A stretch of DNA of 64,000 nucleotides. It comes from Narcine bancroftii (Eukaryota). Where the stretch lies: contig NC_091473.1 in assembly GCF_036971445.1 (NCBI RefSeq), forward strand, positions 236,716,001 to 236,780,000, read 5' to 3'. The notes under the pieces were generated by a model, which was given only the letters and a program-made list of their open reading frames with translations, was not told the origin of the DNA and did no database searches. Both the position numbers and the translations under genes were made by a program. Of this stretch, positions 23,380-35,290 are shown piece after piece (the stretch's first letter is position 1; every line of letters starts with the position of its first letter).

Positions 23380-24818
23380 AAACAATGCTGGAGAAACTTA
23401 GCAGGTCGAACAGTAACTTAGCAGGTCGAACAGTAACTTAGCAGGTCGAACAGTAACTTAGCAGGTCGAACAGTAACTTAGCAGGTCGAACAGTAACTTA
23501 GCAGGTCGAACAGTAACTTAGCAGGTCGAACAGTAACTTAGCAGGTCGAACAGTAACTTAGCAGGTCGAACAGTAACTTAGCAGGTCGAACAGTAACTTA
23601 GCAGGTCGAACAGTAACTTAGCAGGTCGAACAGTAACTTAGCAGGTCGAACAGTAACTTAGCAGGTCGAACAGTAACTTAGCAGGTCGAACAGTAACTTA
23701 GCAGGTCGAACAGTAACTTAGCAGGTCGAACAGTAACTTAGCAGGTCGAACAGTAACTTAGCAGGTCGAACAGTAACTTAGCAGGTCGAACAGTAACTTA
23801 GCAGGTCGAACAGTAACTTAGCAGGTCGAACAGTAACTTAGCAGGTCGAACAGTAACTTAGCAGGTCGAACAGTAACTTAGCAGGTCGAACAGTAACTTA
23901 GCAGGTCGAACAGTAACTTAGCAGGTCGAACAGTAACTTAGCAGGTCGAACAGTAACTTAGCAGGTCGAACAGTAACTTAGCAGGTCGAACAGTAACTTA
24001 GCAGGTCGAACAGTAACTTAGCAGGTCGAACAGTAACTTAGCAGGTCGAACAGTAACTTAGCAGGTCGAACAGTAACTTAGCAGGTCGAACAGTAACTTA
24101 GCAGGTCGAACAGTAACTTAGCAGGTCGAACAGTAACTTAGCAGGTCGAACAGTAACTTAGCAGGTCGAACAGTAACTTAGCAGGTCGAACAGTAACTTA
24201 GCAGGTCGAACAGTAACTTAGCAGGTCGAACAGTAACTTAGCAGGTCGAACAGTAACTTAGCAGGTCGAACAGTAACTTAGCAGGTCGAACAGTAACTTA
24301 GCAGGTCGAACAGTAACTTAGCAGGTCGAACAGTAACTTAGCAGGTCGAACAGTAACTTAGCAGGTCGAACAGTAACTTAGCAGGTCGAACAGTAACTTA
24401 GCAGGTCGAACAGTAACTTAGCAGGTCGAACAGTAACTTAGCAGGTCGAACAGTAACTTAGCAGGTCGAACAGTAACTTAGCAGGTCGAACAGTAACTTA
24501 GCAGGTCGAACAGTAACTTAGCAGGTCGAACAGTAACTTAGCAGGTCGAACAGTAACTTAGCAGGTCGAACAGTAACTTAGCAGGTCGAACAGTAACTTA
24601 GCAGGTCGAACAGTAACTTAGCAGGTCGAACAGTAACTTAGCAGGTCGAACAGTAACTTAGCAGGTCGAACAGTAACTTAGCAGGTCGAACAGTAACTTA
24701 GCAGGTCGAACAGTAACTTAGCAGGTCGAACAGTAACTTAGCAGGTCGAACAGTGTACTTTATTCTGCAAAGATGAAGATACATAACCAACGTTTGGGGC
24801 TTGAGCCCTTCATCAAGT
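23380..24818 (-). mobile_element. Penelope-like element terminus (pseudo-LTR) hosting the minisatellite
   Basis: Collapsing the array to one unit gives acaatgctggagaaacttagcaggtcgaacagtgtacttt...aaccaacgtttggggcttgagcccttcatcaag. This is the reverse complement of the terminus attached to the GIY-YIG remnant at 12630-12730. Confidence 0.8.
23395..24754. repeat. Perfect minisatellite, 68 copies of AACTTAGCAGGTCGAACAGT (20 bp)
   Basis: 1360 bp; every unit is identical on inspection, with no spacers. Confidence 0.99.
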
Positions 24819-25969
24819 TAGAAACACAAAACATTGTATTGCCAGTGACATACTATGGTGGTACAGGAGTCATCCACTTGCCTCCTTGACAAGATCAGAA
24901 CAGCATGTTGATACTGACTGGCTTTTCATCCTTCATCTTCAGATGCAGAAACTGCAGCTGTTGATAACCTGGATAAAAAGAATTTGACCCGGAACATCAA
25001 CAATTTCTCGTTTCTCCCCCACTCCGATGTTAAGTTCTTTTTTTAAAAAAAACCTTGAGAATCTAACTTCTTGGAACAAGCTGCATTAAATCGATCTGCT
25101 CTGGTCAGATAAATCAAAGTAGCTCGCTCATCCCTCAAGAAATAACATGCCACAAATAATTTTAATCGTATTGCATTGGTTCATAACAGTAATTGGGCTT
25201 TATGATGGTCATGGAACATCAGGATTTTGACTTGTTCTAACAAAAAAATAAAACTATGCATATTGATTCAATGTTCACATGTTATAACACTCGTTTCATC
25301 CTTTATTTGTTTTCATTCGTTTTTTTTTCTGTTATAGATTTGATCATTGTAACATTAAACTGGTGAAATATTGCTTTTAAAATTTATCCTTGATCTGGAC
25401 GTAGTTGGTTTTATTGATCCTTCCCTGTCTAATGCAAAACTTGGTAGCAAGTTTAGAAAGCTTAAATCCATAACTTTCAAGGTACAGATAAGCAATTGTA
25501 ATAATGTTGCACTGCTTCTCAGATCTTGATTGAACTTTTAAGAAGATTCATTAGAGGACCAAAATGTAACCAAATTTAAGTTAACTGCTAACTCGTCAAC
25601 TGTAGACACATTCAGGTTTTCCAGTATTTTTATTCATTCAAAACCATAAACCATCAAATTATCTACATTCACGTCAATGTTAAAGCAAGGAAAAAGTAGT
25701 CTTTTATGATGGAAATTACACTGGTGACGTTGCAACAAGAACAACTGACTCATTTAGATCAGTGCATTTTGTGGCCTTCAAATACACTTACATTTATGCC
25801 GAAAAGTATCCTATTGTATTGAAATATGATAAAACTGTCCTGAACTTGAGCAACAGCCACAAGAAATTTGTAAATGAGCTGTATTACAGATGCTAGAAGT
25901 TACTGCCCCACTATTCATGATCTTGTTTTACCACAATCTAGCAAATGCATTCAATTAAAACAAAACTTT

Positions 25970-26490
25970 TATATAACCATATAACAATTTAGCACAGAAC
26001 ACCTTCCCCTACCCAGTCCCATTGACCAGTTCCTGGCCCATAACCCTCCACAACTCTCTCGTCCATATACCTATCCAACGTTTCCTTAAATATTAAAATT
26101 GAACCCCCATCTTCCACTTTCGCCAGAAACTCATTCCACACTCCCACCACCCTCTGAGTGAAGAAATTCCCCCTCATGTTTCCCCTAAATTTTTCCCCCT
26201 TCAATCTCAATCCATAAAACCATATAACGATTTACGGAGCGGAAACAGGCCATGTTGGCCTTTTCGAGTCCGCACCGGTTCACTGATTTTGTGCGCCCTC
26301 TTCAGGCATTGGTCCCGGTAATGTCTTCTTGTTTGAATCTCCCCCACTCTCAATGGAAAAAGCCTGTCCACATTGACTCTATCTGTCCCCTTCACAATTT
26401 TAAATACCTCTATCAAATCACCCCCCAATCTTCCATGTTCCAGGGAATAAAGTCCCAGCCTGCTCAACCTTTCCCTGTAACTCAAACCCT
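25970..26490 (-). mobile_element. CR1 LINE 3' end with (GGTTATAT)-type tail, interrupted at 26216-26321
   Basis: SYRERLSRLGLYSLE...GDLIEVFKI and RGNFFTQRVVGVWN motifs. Confidence 0.88.
26216..26321 (-). mobile_element. Short chimeric retroposon (Rex1-like piece plus CR1-like 3' tail), copy 1
   Basis: Close reverse complement of 60113-60212; CpG-rich; inserted inside a CR1. Confidence 0.75.
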
Positions 26491-27149
26491 ATCTCACTTT
26501 TGGGAATGTACTATTCAAATAATTGAGTCGTCACTGGCTTTTTTTAAACAAAATATTTATGTATTCAAAGAAAATGAATAAACTGGGAAGAGGTTCAAAT
26601 ATTCACAGTCAGTATGTTGTACAGTTGTCATTTATTCAATATTTGAAAGCACCACTTACTCAATCCTCTTTACCACATTGTGTAGAGAGATGAGGTGAAT
26701 GTGGCATTCCACATTGGCCATTGTTCATCTTTTAGGCTGAAAAGATTAATTGGCAAGACATTTTAAAATGGAGTCCAACTTTAATATTGCATTGTCATTG
26801 ACCAGTGTGCTAGCTCCTACCATAATGCGCAATGCTGAGCCTTTCTGAACAAGGGCTGTTTCCAGCCCACAGAAGGTCTTTGTCAGCTGTTTGACCCCAA
26901 GCTTGCCAGTTGTCAAACCCACTGTTCAAATTGAATGTTTATGAATGCTAAAATTACTTGGGCACTTTTTTTTCAAAACTACTACAATAAAATCTTGCAA
27001 AGATTAAATATTTCATTATGTTAAATAAATAAATAAAGAGACTGGTTTCAACTTGTTGCAAAAGCAATTATTTCTCCTCGTTCATTTTATTATATGTGTT
27101 GGCCTTGCAGCAGATGTATCCTGCATGGACTTTGGGAACAGATTCCCCA

Positions 27150-28240
27150 AGTGAAACATGATAGGCTGCAGATGCTGTGATTATAGTAAACACATCGAAA
27201 TGCTAGAGGAACTCAGCCAGTCTTTTCAGCATTTAAAGGAGTCAAAGATAGATTGCCGACATTTTAGGCCTGAGCCCTTCATCAAAGAAAAGGCAGAAGC
27301 AGAGTGTATCAGAAAGTCTCAGAATTCAAACAATGGGGGAGGAATCTAGACCAACAAAAGGTGTTAATTGAATATGATAAGGGACGAGTACGTAAGAATT
27401 TATCAGGCCTGTGCAAAAGAAGACAGAGAAAGGAGAGATGACAGGGGAAGAAGGGGTTGGGAGTGGGGTTTAACGAAAGCCAAAGAAGTTGATATTAATA
27501 AGGAAATGGGATGGAGAGCGGAAATGGGAGGTCATTGGAGATCCACACTATTGTGACAGATGGAGCCGAGTTCCTCAACAAAGCGATCTCCCAGTCTGCA
27601 TCTAGTCTCTTCGATGTAGAGGAAACCACAGCGGAGCTCTGGATGCAATAGATGACCCCTGCAGATACACAAGTGAAAAATGTTGCTTCACTTGGAAGGA
27701 CTGTTTTGAGCCCCAAATGGTACTGAGGAAGGAGGTGTGGGCACAGGGGTAGGTCCCAAGGGGACGATTGGTGGGGAAGGAGAAGTAGATAAAGGAGTCA
27801 TGGAGGGAGAGGTCCCTTTGGAAGGTGGAGGGGAAGGACAGGGGAATATGTGACTAGCGGTGGGATCATGTAGCGGGTGGCAGAAATTGTGGAGGAGGAT
27901 GTGTTGGATGCAGAGGCTAATGGGATGTTAAGTGAGGACAAGGGGAATCCTGTCCTTGTGTGTGGGGGCGGAGGGGGCCAAGGAAGATGTGCGGGTAATG
28001 GAGGATATGTGGGTGGGTGCCGAGATGATGGTGGTAGAGGGAAAGCCACATTGTTTAAAGAAGGACATCTCTGACGATCTGGCATGGAAATCCTCATTCT
28101 GGGTGCGGATGCAATGGAGACAGAGGAAATGAGAAAATGGAATGGAATCCTTATAGGGGGCAGGATGGAAAGAGGTGTAGTTAAGTAGCTGTGGGTTGAT
28201 TTTTAGAAGATGCCTGTTGAGAATTTGTCTCCATGATGAG
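27150..28240 (-). mobile_element. Penelope-like element remnant
   Basis: HPAPYKDSIPFSHFLCLHCI..., RIPLVLT, FTCVSAGVIYCIQ (end of RT and GIY-YIG), plus terminus at 27150-27290. Confidence 0.8.
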
Positions 28241-28299
28241 ATCATACATGGAATATTGTGTGCAATTCTAGTCACCTAGCTATTATAAATAGGTAATTA

Positions 28300-28730
28300 A
28301 GCTCAAAGGAGTGCAAAAAGATTTGTAAGGATGTAATTAGAACTAGAAAACTTAAGTTACGAGAGGCTGGATAGGTTGGGACTTTTTCCCTGGGGCATTG
28401 GAGGCATAAATAAGGTAAACGGTCACAGAATTTCCCCTGGGCCAGGAAGTCCAAAACGAGAGGGCGTAGATTTAAGGTGAAAGATTTAAATGTACATGAT
28501 GGGCAGCATTTTCCACTTGGGCAGTGGTGGGTTTGTGGAATGAGCTGCTAAAGGAAGTGGTAGAGGTGGGTACAATGGCAAAACTTAAAAGCCATTTAGA
28601 CAAGTATATGGATGGGAACGTTAGGGGATTATGGGCCAAATGCATGTAAATAGGACCAACTCATTGAAATAGGTCAGAATATTTGAGTTGGGCCAAAGGG
28701 CCTCTTTCTATGCTATATGGCTCTGTGACT
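28300..28730 (+). mobile_element. CR1 LINE 3' part
   Basis: RLDRLGLFSL..., VVGLWNELLKEVVE, CR1-type tail. Confidence 0.75.
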
Positions 28731-29884
28731 CAAGCTATATAACCAAATCCTTCAATCCTAATAAGCAAGATTTATAACATCCTTGATATAATGAACAAGA
28801 ACCCTTGGCATTCATATAATTTGTTCATAAATTGCAAAAATTTAGTGCAAAGTTCAGTGCATTGACAGTTTCATTCTCGTGAATCATCTCTGCACCTTTT
28901 CCAGCTTAATAAATCCTTCTAATAGCTGAGGACCAAAAATGCACACAATATTCTATATGTGGCCTCACCAACATTTGATGAACCCAATTTGTTCAGGTCA
29001 AAGCCTCAAACATCTAAATATTTCTCTTTGTGCATCTGATGAATTGACACATTTATTTGTAATTTCAGTTTCCTTTAATTTTGAAGCAGACTTGCTTGGC
29101 CTACTTAACTAAAATATTCTTCCATGTGCTTCTTTTTTGGGTTGTCATTAATAAATGATAATTCATCAACATAAAATAAGGATGATAGAATTCTTTGTGG
29201 GTTCATTATTTAAATAGCTTTTTCTCTTAGCACTGTTGAGTGATGTAATACAAAAGCAGACTGCTTGTGCCTGAAAATTTGTAGTATAATTCGTACAGAT
29301 TTTTATAACTATCAAATATGTCTTAAATGTGTCTGATTTTCTTTTAATGAAGTTTCTCATGTTTTACAGTATATTCTTTCGATGGGCTCCTGGTATTTGG
29401 TTTGCTCTTTATATGCACCTGTGCATACTTAAAGAAAGTTCCACGGCTGAATAAATGGTTACTTTCCGAAAAGAAAGGGGTTTGGGGTGTATTTTACAAA
29501 GGTAAACAGAGTGATGAAGATCAAGATTCAATTTATTGTCATTTAATAAAACAGTGTCATTTTATACAAAATTGCTTTTGCCTGCTGTAAGACAGACAGA
29601 TTCGCTATCGGTAGAAATTGTCGGAAGTGCCTCTTATAATCAGAGAAAGAAAGCCAAAAGAGAGTCCTACCACCACCCCCCCCCCCCCCCCAGAGTCCCG
29701 AGTGTCTGTAGTTTCACCTCCAACACTTCTGCAGCCACACAGTGTCCAGTCCAAACCATTGGCAACCTGAGGTCCAGATCTGAACCTTCGACACAATCAG
29801 GAGCCCTTCAGTGCCTTCGGCACCCCTTGCATCTCAGAATGCATGTAGTGAAACACGAAAGTAGGCAGGTGCCATGACTGTATT

Positions 29885-30072
29885 AAAAGCACAGAAATGC
29901 CGGAGGAACTCAGCAGGTAGCATCTGTAGGAGATAAAGATATATAACCGAGATTTCAGGCCGGAGCACTTCTTGAAAAAGAGCTCAGGTCTGAAACATCG
30001 GTTATATATCTTTACCTTCTATGGATGCTGTAAGACCAGCTGTGTTTCTCCAGCATTTCTGTGGCTTTACTA
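29885..30072. mobile_element. Palindromic element made of two inverted PLE termini
   Basis: Left and right halves are imperfect reverse complements (cacagaaatg...aaagatatataaccga / tcggttatatatcttt...catttctgtg). Confidence 0.7.
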
Positions 30073-30509
30073 AACTGATTTATGTATTAGATTTGATTAA
30101 CCACATTGCATATCAAGTTGGTAATGAATATGGTAAAATATTGACCATATCAAAAATTATAAAGCAAATATGACATTCTTGCTAAGGTCTGTATTGAATG
30201 AAAAATATTTAAGCATTTGACAAATCCCTTTTGCACAATAAGGAAATAATGTATTTTAAATTATATTATTTTTAAATAAAATAAACTGTTGAGATTTGAT
30301 TATCCTTTTGTTCAGCAATATTGTTTTCCCTGACTTTGGATCATCTGTTGTTCTTAGTCAAGATACAGAGCGGTTAACTCAAGCTGGTATTACCCTGTGC
30401 AGTCATTAGACTTATGCACAAAGTTAACTGCCACACCAAATGATGACATACCAAATCTGGTCTTTATCTCTCCCATTGTGAATCAAGTTCTCATCATTCC
30501 TGGAACATA

Positions 30510-30732
30510 GGATGGCACAGTTAGTGTTGTGGTTAGCAGCTGGAACAGCAACAGTAATGTGGGTTCAAATCTAGTGCTGTCTGTAAGGAATTTGTACATT
30601 CTCCCCGAGTCTGCGTGGATTTCCTTTGGGGACTCTAGTTTCTTCCCACCCCTCAAAATATACTGGGGTTGTAGGTCAATTGGGTGGCCTGGGCTCATGG
30701 GCAGGAAGGTGCTGTATGTTTAAATTTAAAAA
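30510..30732 (+). mobile_element. tRNA-derived HE1/V-SINE-like element
   Basis: GGATGGCACAG head, GGTTCAAATC B-box, V-SINE core. Confidence 0.8.
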
Positions 30733-31639
30733 TTAATCTTTGAAATGTTCCTGAATAAGATTGCAGTTTATTTAAATTTCCAGTCTTTGTAAACAGTAGA
30801 AAATAGTTAACATTGCATGAATTACTAAATGAAACTTTGTTTCCTTACAGCTGCAGTTATAGGAACAAGGCTTCATGTACCAGTGGCACTGTCATGCCTT
30901 GTCACAGGTGTTTATGTTTTATTTATTAAATGACACCCACAGTCCAAAGTTGACCATGACTCTGAGAGGAACAATATATTTTCAAGATCACTCAATAAGG
31001 ATTAAGATCAGAAAATGTTTTCCTTCTGTAGAAGAACAGAACATTCTGCCAATTACTCTCTTGTGGAGATGCTTGTCAGGAATACAGGCCAATGGGAAAC
31101 TTATAGTCTGATTGAATGTGTCTCTAAATTCCATGATGAGGGGAAACATCGAAACTTCCACGTCACTTAAAAGAAACATTGTGATGGACTAGTCAGATAA
31201 TTAAAGAAGATGTTTGATTATTACAGTTGTAAAGGAAGTATTTATGTAGTTTGGTAACCTTGTTAAAATATTTTAATTGAAGCATCTGATGCATTCTAAA
31301 TTTAATAAGTTACAAGTTTTCATGTTTAATTAAAAGTTGGTTTTGACTTCTTTTGTCTAAAATAATGAGATTTTTGTACCTTGGTGCAGTTGACTGTTCG
31401 CTTCTGTCTTCCTAAAATTATATGTATTATAGGTTAATAATAAAAATAATTATGTATTCATAATTTAGTGTTGTAAAGCTTCAAAATGGGAAATAAAGGG
31501 AATATAATTTTATTTTTAATAGTCCATTGAAATCTAATTCACATTATAGCCAAAGGAACTTTACCCAACCCATCTATAATTGGTTAATTAGTTGGACCGA
31601 ATACTGGAAGTTAAAGTAGTGATTTTCTGAATAAGCTTC

Positions 31640-32185
31640 CTGTTCCTTCTTTTATATTGGTGTTTCATGGAAAATGTTAACTGTAGTTGAGGCATTATAA
31701 TTTTCCTATCACATACTTTTTTAATATAACCTATTTTTGTGATTTCCTGTCATATTTTAAGTCTACTTCACACCAACAAAACCAGGAAGTGCAGCCTGTT
31801 AAAAATTCATTTTCGGCCTTTGCACTTTGCTGATCTTGGCACAGTCATTGTCGAACATGGTGAAAGGTTTCATCAGGACATTGCGACCATGGAAGAGTGG
31901 TATCAAGGTAACTAGAATCCATCATTGCTGCCCGACTATTGTTAGAAAGTACAAACTAAAATCAACGGCAAAACATTTCTAGGTCAGTTGAACTAAGGCA
32001 ATGTGTCTGCATCATTATTTGATTTAACATGCTAAATTCAATAAAAGTTAATTTAATGTTACTCCACTTTCCTATGAGATACAGCAAATCTGAAATTATC
32101 TTTAGGTTCAGCTTGAAGTTGCCTAACATGATCTGCAATTTTTGTTTCCAGAAGCAAACTTTTTCAAAAAATTTGTTGTCCCGCA
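31640..32185 (+). mobile_element. Chapaev3 (CMC) DNA transposon deletion derivative retaining the transposase C-terminus
   Basis: 31830-31945 encodes DLGTVIVEHGERFHQDIATMEEWYQGN*NPSLLPDYC (EHGERFHQ motif); subterminal sequence is shared with 60242-61024; left boundary uncertain. Confidence 0.7.
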
Positions 32186-32712
32186 TAATTGCCCAGAGAA
32201 CAGAGTGTGTAGTGTTTGTTTGTTCAACATTTGCAGGATACAAGATTGATTTAACTGGAGTTCATTATAATTTCACCCAAACATCAGTGCTAATGCAACT
32301 TTTACAAAATTGGTCTGGGCATTTTGGTCATGCAGCAAGTTTGGAACTGCCCCTTCAACTCTTATCATCCAAGAATAGAACTCCCTCATTGAAAGAATTA
32401 TTAATTGTAATCAAGTAATTACAAAAAAAAGAAACAAAACCTGCTAAGATCACCCACAGTGGGGAAGTTACGGTTTATAGTTATTTATATATCGAACCGA
32501 GTATCTGCCAGCCTCCACTTGAAATGTAAGAAAATTTGGAAATGCTTTTTCGGTCTTTCAAAGGTTATAGACACAATTAAAAATACTTCTACATAGTCTG
32601 ATCTAGCATCCCTACCTTCAGAATAGATTCAGACTCCAGAGCGCACAGTTGATAATGTGGTAAATGTTTGCATTCTATACTGACTGATCTAATTCCCATT
32701 ACCCAGAATTCC

Positions 32713-32906
32713 CAGTAAAATCCCCATTACCCAGAATTCAAGCAACCAGCAAAAGAAATTGCAGAAAAAAGACAAAAATACAAAAGTTTAAAATTAGCAC
32801 CCCCTAGTGGTTTGTTTGCCAGTCTACACAATCTCAAGCAACCAGGAAATATACTTATCCACCATCTACCAATTCCTGAAGGTGCTGGATAATGGGGGAT
32901 TTAGTG
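32713..32906. mobile_element. Tc1/mariner-Tigger-like MITE
   Basis: CAGTAAAATCCCCATTA(C)CCAG ... CTGGATAATGGGGGATTTAGTG imperfect TIRs. Confidence 0.6.
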
Positions 32907-33056
32907 AACTTCTGGAAGGCCTTTCACGTAGCTGATGTGAGGGTGATCCTTTAAGCTGCAACAGATTTCTCAGTGGAGCCAAAACACAGCAGTTGCACAC
33001 TTGCAGTTTTCAATGAGACTATGGACACTTGGCAATTTCAGTTAGAAGAGTGTTTG

Positions 33057-33506
33057 GATCCAGCTGCGCTGGATGGGTCACGTCTCCAGAATGGAGGACC
33101 ATCGCCTTCCCAAGATCGTATTATATGGCGAGCTCTCCACTGGCCACCGTGACAGAGGTGCACCAAAGAAAAGGTACAAGGACTGCCTAAAGAAATCTCT
33201 TGGTGCCTGCCACATTGACCACCGCCAGTGGGCTGATAACGCCTCAAACCGTGCATCTTGGCGCCTCACAGTTTGGCGGGCAGCAGCCTCCTTTGAAGAA
33301 GACCGCAGAGCCCACCTCACTGACAAAAGGCAAAGGAGGAAAAACCCAACACCCAACCCCAACCAACCAATTTTCCCTTGCAACCGCTGCAGTCGTGTCT
33401 GCCTGTCCCGCATCGGACTGGTCAGCCACAAACGAGCCTGCAGCTGACGTGGACTTTTTACCCCCTCCATAAATCTTCGTCCGCGAAGCCAAGCCAAAGA
33501 AAGAAA
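33057..33506 (+). mobile_element. RTE/BovB-like LINE 3' end (subfamily A)
   Basis: Near-identical to 20339-20782; ORF 33073-33447; (GAAA)n tail. Confidence 0.95.
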
Positions 33507-34214
33507 TTATAGCACCAGTGACCTTGGCTCAAATCAGTCACCATTTGTAAGTGGGTTTCTTCTGGGTGGTCTGGTTTTCTCCCACGTTCTAAAGATGTTA
33601 CTGGGTTGATAGGTTAATCGGTCACATAGCAGCATGTGCATGGGGTGGAAGGACCTGTTACCATGTTGAATCCTAAAAAAAATTAAAACTTCTGCCTCAA
33701 GGTAGGAAAACACAGATTACTTAATTTGGTGATATGTTTTTCAATAAGGGAATAAAATTGGTTATAGCATTACATACATTGATGATTTAGCACATTGAAA
33801 TTATATTTAAACTGGTTGAAAGGGCAGAACTAAAACTTGAAACTCCTCGTTACATACTTTCTAATGAAAGTGAGGGATCAGCCATATTAAAGAATGGGTT
33901 TGAGAATAAGGACCATGAAATAACCTTAAATAGATTGTGCTCTTAAGTGTACATGATAGACTGAGGTGGATAGAAATTAGAAATGTATTTACAAATTTAT
34001 TCATGTAAAAGCACAAGGCCAATAGTTATGGGTGATTTTGATTATCCTAGTATTAGTTGGGACAGTCAATGCAGAGTGGAGCTGAGCTGCTAAATTGCAG
34101 AGGTGAACTTTTTTTTAAATGGTGTGTAGGTGGCCCTAGTGGATTCAGTTTTGGAGAATGAAGATGGGCTCATGAGTAAAAACCTTTTCATGGCAGTGAT
34201 CATAATTATCCTAA

Positions 34215-35290
34215 ATAAGAACATAGGAAATAGGAGCAGAAGCAGACCATTTAACCCATCAAGGTTGCTCTTCCATTCAATAATGGCTGATGTCGCCATC
34301 ACCCACCAGTTTTCAATAACCCTTAATTCCGCTACTGTTCACAAATTTATCCCTCTGAGTCTTAAATACATTTAACGAGGGTAACTGTACCTTTGGGCAG
34401 GGAATTCTATGGATACATTACTCTCTGGAAGAAGTAATTCCTTTTCATCTGCCTTAGATCAACTTGAGGCAACGTTTCCGAGTTCTAGTCTCACCTACCA
34501 ATGAAAGCAATCCATTTTTATCTCATCCATTTCTTTTATAATTTTATTTGTTTCTCTGGAATTTCCTCCAACCCCCTCCATTTTTCTAAACTGCAGTCAA
34601 TATAGTCCCAGGCTATTCAGTCTTTCATAAGCTAATCCGTTAATTTCTGTAACCAACCTTGTGAATCTTCTCTGCATTGTCTCCAAAACTAGTATATCCT
34701 TTTTCAGGTAAGGAGACTAGAATTGCAAATAGTACCACAGGTGACCTCTACCTGTCCCCTGTCATGTTTCAAAACCTCCATGCTCTTCAATTCCCCAGCA
34801 AACTAACCTTTTGTGATTCTTGTGCAAGCACTCCAAGATATCTCAGCATAATAACATTATGCAATTTTCACCATTTTAATAATCCTTTTTTTACTTCCAA
34901 AGTGGATGTTCATATTTACCAATATTCTCCATCTGCCAAACTCTTGACCTCTCATTTAACCTATCTGCATCTCTCTGCAGACACTCTGTGTCCTCTACAC
35001 ATTTTGCTTTTTTACTCAATTTCATGCCTTCAGCAAGCTTAAGTTTAGGCATCCTGCACTTGGTCCACTCCAAATCATTTATGAATAATGTGAGCATGTG
35101 TTGGTCCAACACTAATTTTTGTAGCAGCCCGCTAACCAGATTGCCAACCTGAGAAACAGACATTTATCTCAACTCTCTGCCTTCCATTAGTTAACTTATC
35201 CTCTATTCATTACTAATGCATTACCCCCAACTCCATCAATTCTAATCTTGTGCATAAGTATTTTATGTAGCACCTCATTGAACATCTGGA
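34215..35290 (-). mobile_element. CR1 LINE, degenerate RT-to-3' end
   Basis: LFINDLE...KL...EDTECLQRDADRLNE..WQM motif; tail ~34215. Confidence 0.75.

Noticed and set aside
23395-24754. CRISPR array
   Set aside because: Units are contiguous and identical with no spacers, there are no cas genes, the context is eukaryotic, and the unit derives from a retroelement terminus.
30510-30600. tRNA genes at SINE heads (also 55552, 61949, 16909)
   Set aside because: A/B boxes are degenerate, there is no cloverleaf, and they continue into a V-SINE core.
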